NCBI GenBank assembly: GCA_051362555.1
Contig: CM120646.1
Span: 10,664,001-10,728,000 of the forward strand
Source of the DNA: Lingula anatina
Lineage: Eukaryota; Animalia; Brachiopoda
Length of the DNA: 64,000 nucleotides
Direction of reading: 5' to 3'
The translations under genes and the position numbers were made by a program. The notes below the pieces were generated by a model that saw only the letters and a program-made list of their open reading frames with translations, was not told the origin of the DNA and ran no database searches. Shown here piece by piece: positions 55,819 through 64,000 of the stretch. Positions within the stretch are counted from its first letter, which is position 1, and every line of letters begins with the position of its first letter.

Positions 55819-56050
55819 ACTACCCTTACCATGAAAAAGCAGACAGTGAAAGATGAGATCAAGAGCAGCACCATGTCTTTTCCATGTATACAATACATGA
55901 TATGAAGCAAGATTTAGGGCATTGTCAAGTACTATTGTGCTAACAGCAACCCATTCCAGAAACCCATTGTAAGGAGGAATCTGCATCTGGCATTGATAGT
56001 AAGGAGAAGTCTTGTATGGGTATATATTGTTTTCCAGATGACAGTTCTAG
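55819..56050 (+). repeat. Cassette 34 core (type A)
   Basis: Offset 7659 from cassette 29. Confidence 0.85.
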
Positions 56051-58124
56051 GTAATTTGCAACCTCGTACACAAACAAACTCAAATCACCAAATTTGCTGT
56101 TTTCTTTATTGGTAAACAATACATTGCAATATTGAAATATTTTTTGGTTAATTCTCACTTTTTTGATTATCAATTTTCAATAAACTTGACATTAAAAAAA
56201 ACACAGATAACTGATCAGCTTATTACTGATTTTTATTGCTGTTAAGCATCATTTGTGAAAATTTCAGAAACGCTGGACAAGATTTGACAAAATTATTATT
56301 GTTTAACTATTTTAAGTCATGGTATTTGTCAGTCTTTTTAATGTAATTTTCAGTTTTCTCAATATATTGTCCGAAGAAAATACTTTTCATTAGACACAGT
56401 CAACTGATCAGCTTATCACAGATTTTTATTGTTGTTAAGCATCATTTGTACAAATTTCAGAAATATTGGACAAGATTTGACAAAATTATTAACGTTTAAC
56501 TATTTTAAGTCTAGGCATTTGCCAGTCTTTTTAATGTCATTTTGAGTTTTCCCAAATATATTTTCCAAAGAAGACACTTTTTTTTGGCACAGTCAACTGA
56601 TCAGCTTATCACAGATTTTTATTGTTGTTAAGCATCTTTTGTACCAATTTCAGAAATATTGGACAAGATTTGACAAATTTATTAACGTTTAACTATTTTA
56701 AGTCTAGGGATTTGCCAGTCTTTTTAATATAATTTTCAGTTTTCCCAAATATATTTTCCAAAGAAAATACTTCTCATTAGACACAGTCAACTGATCAGCT
56801 TATCACAGATTTTTGTTGTTGTTAAGCATCTTTTGTACAAATTTCAGAAATATTGGACAAGATTTGACAAAATTATTAACGTTTAACTATTTTGTCCTGG
56901 GATTTGCCAGTCTTTTCAATGTAACTTTAAATTTTCCTAAATATATTGTCCAAAGAAAATACTTCTCATTAGACACAGTCAACTGATCAGCTTATCACAG
57001 ATTTTTATTGTTGTTAAGCATGATTTGTACGAATATCAGAATTATTGGACAAGATTTGTCAAAATTATTAACATTTAACTATTTTAAGCCATGGAATTTG
57101 CCTGTCTTTTCGTTGTAATTTTGAGTTTTTCTAAATATATTTTCCAAAGAAGACACTTTTTATTATACACAGTCAACTGATCAGCTTATCACAGATTTTT
57201 ATTGTTGTTAAGCATCATTTGTACAAATTTCAGAAATATTGGACAAGATTTGACAAAATTATTAATGTTTAACTATTTTAAGTCTAGGGATTTGCCAGTC
57301 TTTTTAATGTCATTTTGAGTTTTCCCAAATATATTTTCCAAAGAAGAAACTTTCTATTAAACACAGTCAACTGATCAGCTTATCACAGATTTTTATTGCT
57401 GTTAAGCATCTTTTGTACCAATTTCAGAAATATTGGACAAGATTTGACAAATTTATTAACGTTTAACTATTTTAAGTCTAGGGATTTGCCAGTCTTTTTA
57501 ATATAATTTTCAGTTTTCCCAAATATATTTTCCAAAGAAAATACTTCTCATTAGACACAGTCAACTGATCAGCTTATCACAGATTTTTATTGTTGTTAAG
57601 CATCTTTTGTACAAATTTCAGAAATATTGGACAAGATTTGACAAAATTATTAACGTTTAACTATTTTGTCCTGGGATTTGCCAGTCTTTTCAATGTAACT
57701 TTAAATTTTCCTAAATATATTGTCCAAAGAAAATACTTCTCATTAGACACAGTCAACTGATCAGCTTATCACAGATTTTTATTGTTGTTAAGCATGATTT
57801 GTACGAATATCAGAATTATTGGACAAGATTTGTCAAAATTATTAACATTTAACTATTTTAAGCCATGGAATTTGCCTGTCTTTTCGTTGTAATTTTGAGT
57901 TTTTCTAAATATATTTTCCAAAGAAGACACTTTTTATTATACACAGTCAACTGATCAGCTTATCACAGATTTTTATTGTTGTTTAGCATTTTTTGTACCA
58001 ATTTCAAAAATGTTGGACAAGATTTGACAAAATTATTAACATTTAACTTTTTTAAGTTTTGGGATTTGCCAGTCTTTTCAATGTGATTTTCATTCTTTTT
58101 TCAGTTATATTGTTCTTTTTCCAG

Positions 58125-58353
58125 AGTACCCTTATCATGAAAAAGCAGACAGTGAAAGACGGGATCAAGAGCAGCACCATGTCTTGTCCATGTGTACAAT
58201 ACATGATATGAAGCAAGATTTAGTGCATTGTCAAGTATTGTGGTAGCAGCAACCCATTCCAGAAACCCATTGTAAGGAGGAATCTGCATCTGGCATTGAT
58301 AGTAAGGAGAAGTCCTGTATGGGTATATATTGTTTTCCAGATGACAGTTCTAG
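58125..58353 (+). repeat. Cassette 35 core (type B)
   Basis: Type B markers. Confidence 0.85.
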
Positions 58354-59849
58354 GTAATTTGCAACCTCGTACACAAACAAACTCAAATCACCACATTTGC
58401 TGTTTTCTTTATTGGTAAACAATACATTGCAATATTGAAATATTTTTTGGTTAATTCTCACCCTTCTGATTATCAAATTTCAATAAACTTGACATTAAAA
58501 AAAACACAGATAACTGATCAGCTTATCACTGATTTTTATTGCTGTTAAGCATCATTTGTGAAAATCTCAGAAATGCTGGACAAGATTTGACAAAATTATT
58601 AACGTTTAACTATTTTAAGTCATGGTACTTGTCAGACTTTTTAATGTAATTTTCAGTTTTTCTCAATATATTGTCCGAAGAAAATACTTTTCATTGGACA
58701 CAGTCAACTGATCAGCTTATCACAGATTTTTATTGTTGTTAAGCATGATTTGTACGAATATCAGAATTATTGGACAAGATTTGTCAAAATTATTAACATT
58801 TAACTATTTTAAGCCATGGAATTTGCCTGTCTTTTCGTTGTAATTTTGAGTTTTTCTAAATATATTTTCCAAAGAAGACACTTTTTATTATACACAGTCA
58901 ACTGATCAGCTTATCACAGATTTTTATTGTTGTTAAGCATCATTTGTACAAATTTCAGAAATATTGGACAAGATTTGACAAAATTATTAATGTTTAACTA
59001 TTTTAAGTCTAGGGATTTGCCAGTCTTTTTAATGTCATTTTGAGTTTTCCCAAATATATTTTCCAAAGAAGAAACTTTCTATTAGACACAGTCAACTGAT
59101 CAGCTTATCACAGATTTTTATTGCTGTTAAGCATCTTTTGTACCAATTTCAGAAATATTGGACAAGATTTGACAAATTTATTAACGTTTAACTATTTTAA
59201 GTCTAGGGATTTGCCAGTCTTTTTAATATAATTTTCAGTTTTCCCAAATATATTTTCCAAAGAAAATACTTCTCATTAGACACAGTCAACTGATCAGCTT
59301 ATCACAGATTTTTGTTGTTGTTAAGCATCTTTTGTACAAATTTCAGAAATATTGGACAAGATTTGACAAAATTATTAACGTTTAACTATTTTGTCCTGGG
59401 ATTTGCCAGTCTTTTCAATGTAACTTTAAATTTTCCTAAATATATTGTCCAAAGAAAATACTTCTCATTAGACACAGTCAACTGATCAGCTTATCACAGA
59501 TTTTTATTGTTGTTAAGCATGATTTGTACGAATATCAGAATTATTGGACAAGATTTGTCAAAATTATTAACATTTAACTATTTTAAGCCATGGAATTTGC
59601 CTGTCTTTTCGTTGTAATTTTGAGTTTTTCTAAATATATTTTCCAAAGAAGACACTTTTTATTATACACAGTCAACTGATCAGCTTATCACAGATTTTTA
59701 TTGTTGTTTAGCATTTTTTGTACCAATTTCAAAAATGTTGGACAAGATTTGACAAAATTATTAACATTTAACTTTTTTAAGTTTTGGGATTTGCCAGTCT
59801 TTTCAATGTGATTTTCATTCTTTTTTCAGTTATATTGTTCTTTTTCCAG

Positions 59850-60078
59850 AGTACCCTTATCATGAAAAAGCAGACAGTGAAAGACGGGATCAAGAGCAGC
59901 ACCATGTCTTGTCCATGTGTACAATACATGATATGAAGCAAGATTTAGTGCATTGTCAAGTATTGTGGTAGCAGCAACCCATTCCAGAAACCCATTGTAA
60001 GGAGGAATCTGCATCTGGCATTGATAGTAAGGAGAAGTCCTGTATGGGTATATATTGTTTTCCAGATGACAGTTCTAG
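59850..60078 (+). repeat. Cassette 36 core (type B)
   Basis: Type B markers. Confidence 0.85.
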
Positions 60079-61574
60079 GTAATTTGCAACCTCGTACACA
60101 AACAAACTCAAATCACCACATTTGCTGTTTTCTTTATTGGTAAACAATACATTGCAATATTGAAATATTTTTTGGTTAATTCTCACCCTTCTGATTATCA
60201 AATTTCAATAAACTTGACATTAAAAAAAACACAGATAACTGATCAGCTTATCACTGATTTTTATTGCTGTTAAGCATCATTTGTGAAAATTTCAGAAATG
60301 CTGGACAAGATTTGACAAAATTATTAACGTTTAACTATTTTAAGTCATGGTACTTGTCAGACTTTTTAATGTAATTTTCAGTTTTTCTCAATATATTGTC
60401 CGAAGAAAATACTTTTCATTGGACACAGTCAACTGATCAGCTTATCACAGATTTTTATTGTTGTTAAGCATGATTTGTACGAATATCAGAATTATTGGAC
60501 AAGATTTGTCAAAATTATTAACATTTAACTATTTTAAGCCATGGAATTTGCCTGTCTTTTCGTTGTAATTTTGAGTTTTTCTAAATATATTTTCCAAAGA
60601 AGACACTTTTTATTATACACAGTCAACTGATCAGCTTATCACAGATTTTTATTGTTGTTAAGCATCATTTGTACAAATTTCAGAAATATTGGACAAGATT
60701 TGACAAAATTATTAATGTTTAACTATTTTAAGTCTAGGGATTTGCCAGTCTTTTTAATGTCATTTTGAGTTTTCCCAAATATATTTTCCAAAGAAGAAAC
60801 TTTCTATTAAACACAGTCAACTGATCAGCTTATCACAGATTTTTATTGCTGTTAAGCATCTTTTGTACCAATTTCAGAAATATTGGACAAGATTTGACAA
60901 ATTTATTAACGTTTAACTATTTTAAGTCTAGGGATTTGCCAGTCTTTTTAATATAATTTTCAGTTTTCCCAAATATATTTTCCAAAGAAAATACTTCTCA
61001 TTAGACACAGTCAACTGATCAGCTTATCACAGATTTTTGTTGTTGTTAAGCATCTTTTGTACAAATTTCAGAAATATTGGACAAGATTTGACAAAATTAT
61101 TAACGTTTAACTATTTTGTCCTGGGATTTGCCAGTCTTTTCAATGTAACTTTAAATTTTCCTAAATATATTGTCCAAAGAAAATACTTCTCATTAGACAC
61201 AGTCAACTGATCAGCTTATCACAGATTTTTATTGTTGTTAAGCATGATTTGTACGAATATCAGAATTATTGGACAAGATTTGTCAAAATTATTAACATTT
61301 AACTATTTTAAGCCATGGAATTTGCCTGTCTTTTCGTTGTAATTTTGAGTTTTTCTAAATATATTTTCCAAAGAAGACACTTTTTATTATACACAGTCAA
61401 CTGATCAGCTTATCACAGATTTTTATTGTTGTTTAGCATTTTTTGTACCAATTTCAAAAATGTTGGACAAGATTTGACAAAATTATTAACATTTAACTTT
61501 TTTAAGTTTTGGGATTTGCCAGTCTTTTCAATGTGATTTTCATTCTTTTTTCAGTTATATTGTTCTTTTTCCAG

Positions 61575-61803
61575 AGTACCCTTATCATGAAAAAGCAGAC
61601 AGTGAAAGACGGGATCAAGAGCAGCACCATGTCTTGTCCATGTGTACAATACATGATATGAAGCAAGATTTAGTGCATTGTCAAGTATTGTGGTAGCAGC
61701 AACCCATTCCAGAAACCCATTGTAAGGAGGAATCTGCATCTGGCATTGATAGTAAGGAGAAGTCCTGTATGGGTATATATTGTTTTCCAGATGACAGTTC
61801 TAG
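61575..61803 (+). repeat. Cassette 37 core (type B)
   Basis: Type B markers. Confidence 0.85.
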
Positions 61804-62913
61804 GTAATTTGCAACCTCGTACACAAACAAACTCAAATCACCACATTTGCTGTTTTCTTTATTGGTAAACAATACATTGCAATATTGAAATATTTTTTGG
61901 TTAATTCTCACCCTTCTGATTATCAAATTTCAATAAACTTGACATTAAAAAAAACACAGATAACTGATCAGCTTATCACTGATTTTTATTGCTGTTAAGC
62001 ATCATTTGTGAAAATTTCAGAAATGCTGGACAAGATTTGACAAAATTATTAACGTTTAACTATTTTAAGTCATGGTACTTGTCAGACTTTTTAATGTAAT
62101 TTTCAGTTTTTCTCAATATATTGTCCGAAGAAAATACTTTTCATTGGACACAGTCAACTGATCAGCTTATCACAGATTTTTATTGTTGTTAAGCATCATT
62201 TGTACAAATTTCAGAAATATTGTACAAGATTTGACAAAATTATTAACGTTTAACTATTTTAAGTCTTGGGATTTGCCTGTCTTTTCGTTTTAATTTTGAG
62301 ATTTTTCAAATATATTTTCCAAAGAAGACACTTTCTATTAGACACAGTCAACTGATCAGCTTATCACAGATTTTTATTGTTGTTAAGCATCTTTTGTACC
62401 AATTTCAGAAGTATTGGACAAGATTTGACAAAATTATTAACGTTTAACTATTTTAAGTCTAGGGATTTGCCAGTCTTTTTAATGTAATTTTCAGTTTTCC
62501 CAAATATATTGTCCTAAGAAAATACTTTTCATTAGACACAGTCAACTGATCAGCTCATCACAGATTTTTATTGTTGTTAAGCATGATTTGTACGAATATC
62601 AGAATTATTGGACAAGATTTGTCAAAATTATTAACATTTAACTATTTTAAGCTATGGAATTTGCCTGTTTTTTCGTTGTAATTTTGAGTTTTTCTAAATA
62701 TATTTTCCAAAGAAGACACTTTTTATTATACACAGTCAACTGATCAGCTTATCACAGATTTTTATTGTTGTTAAGCATTTTTTGTACCAATTTCAAAAAT
62801 GTTGGACAAGATTTGACAAAATTATTAACATTTAACTTTTTTAAGTTTTGGGATTTGCCAGTCTTTTCAATGTGATTTTCATTCTTTTTTCAGTTATATT
62901 GTTCTTTTTCCAG

Positions 62914-63142
62914 AGTACCCTTATCATGAAAAAGCAGACAGTGAAAGACGGGATCAAGAGCAGCACCATGTCTTGTCCATGTGTACAATACATGATATGA
63001 AGCAAGATTTAGTGCATTGTCAAGTATTGTGGTAGCAGCAACCCATTCCAGAAACCCATTGTAAGGAGGAATCTGCATCTGGCATTGATAGTAAGGAGAA
63101 GTCCTGTATGGGTATATATTGTTTTCCAGATGACAGTTCTAG
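62914..63142 (+). repeat. Cassette 38 core (type B)
   Basis: Like cassette 15 (AACAATCTC, CTTATGATT, GACACTAAA). Confidence 0.85.
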
Positions 63143-64000
63143 GTAATTTGCAACCTCGTACACAAACAATCTCAAATCACCACATTTGCTGTTTTCTTTA
63201 TTGGTAAACAATACATTGCAATATTGAAATATTTTTTGGTTAATTCTCACTCTTATGATTATCAATTTTCAATAAACTTGACACTAAAAAAAAACACAGA
63301 TAACTGATCAGCTTATCACAGATTTTTGTTGTTGTTAAGCATCATTTGTGAAAATTTCACAAACGCTGGACAAGATTTAAAAAAATTATTAACGTTTAAC
63401 TTTTTTAAGTCATGGAATTTGCCATTCTTTTTAATGTAATTTTCAGTTTTCTCAATATATTATCCGAAGAAAATACTTTTCATTAGACACAGTCAACTGA
63501 TCAGCTTATCACAGATTTTTATTGTTGTTAAGCATCATTTGTACAAATTTCAGAAATATTGGACAAGATTTGACAAAATTATTAACGTTTAACTATTTTA
63601 AGTCTAGGCATTTGCCAGTCTTTTTAATGTCATTTTGAGTTTTCCCAAATATATTTTCCAAAGAAGACACTTTTTTTTTGGCACAGTCAAGTGATCAGCT
63701 TATCACAGATTTTTATTGTTGTTAAGCATCATTTGTACAAATTTCAGAAATATTGGACAAGATTTGACAAAATTATTAATGTTTAACTATTTTAAGTCTA
63801 GGGATTTGCCAGTCTTTTTAATGTCATTTTGAGTTTTCCCAAATATATTTTCCAAAGAAGAAACTTTCTATTAGACACAGTCAACTGATCAGCTTATCAC
63901 AGATTTTTATTGTTGTTAAGCATCTTTTGTACCAATTTCAGAAATATTGGACAAGATTTGACAAAATTATTAACGTTTAACTATTTTAAGTCTAGGGATT

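Larger units (their letters stand above)
57000..62170. repeat. Three tandem copies of a 1725-bp unit (type B cassette plus monomers)
   Basis: ORF landmarks at 58101, 59826 and 61551 are exactly 1725 apart with the same order of monomer variants. Boundaries are approximate. Confidence 0.85.
1..64000. repeat. Composite tandem satellite array: ~194-bp AT-rich monomers interrupted by 38 ~410-bp cassettes and 4 MITEs; extends beyond both window edges
   Basis: The block CACAGTCAACTGATCAGCTTATCACAGATTTTTATTGTTGTTAAGC recurs head-to-tail throughout, e.g. AACTGATCAG at 2201 and 2395 (period 194). All copies have the same orientation. Confidence 0.98.

Noticed and set aside
1-64000. CRISPR-like array (conserved palindromic box recurring regularly)
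   Set aside because: The intervening sequences are homologous to each other rather than unique spacers, the period is 194 bp, and there are no cas genes.

Overview
The whole 64 kb is an AT-rich composite tandem array with no convincing protein-coding gene. It is probably eukaryotic and animal-like (inference). Three components are present. (1) A ~194-bp satellite monomer (~28% GC by hand count) fills most of the window. (2) There are 38 copies of a ~410-bp cassette, spaced at quantised intervals of about 565 + n x 194 bp. Each cassette contains a 229/232-bp non-coding, exon-like core bounded by a polypyrimidine-YAG acceptor and an AG|GTAATT donor on the + strand. (3) Four copies of a ~980-bp PIF/Harbinger-like MITE (34-bp TIRs, TAA flanks) were amplified passively with the array. 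Nested higher-order duplications (about 1.7, 2.5, 4.4, 5.0, 7.7 and 8.2 kb), gene-conversion chimeras, empty cassette sites and CpG-decay variants record active turnover. The leading hypothesis, which is untested, is a long spliced non-coding transcript with dozens of repeated exons whose introns consist of hairpin-forming satellite units. The null hypothesis is a complex satellite that captured an exon-like fragment.
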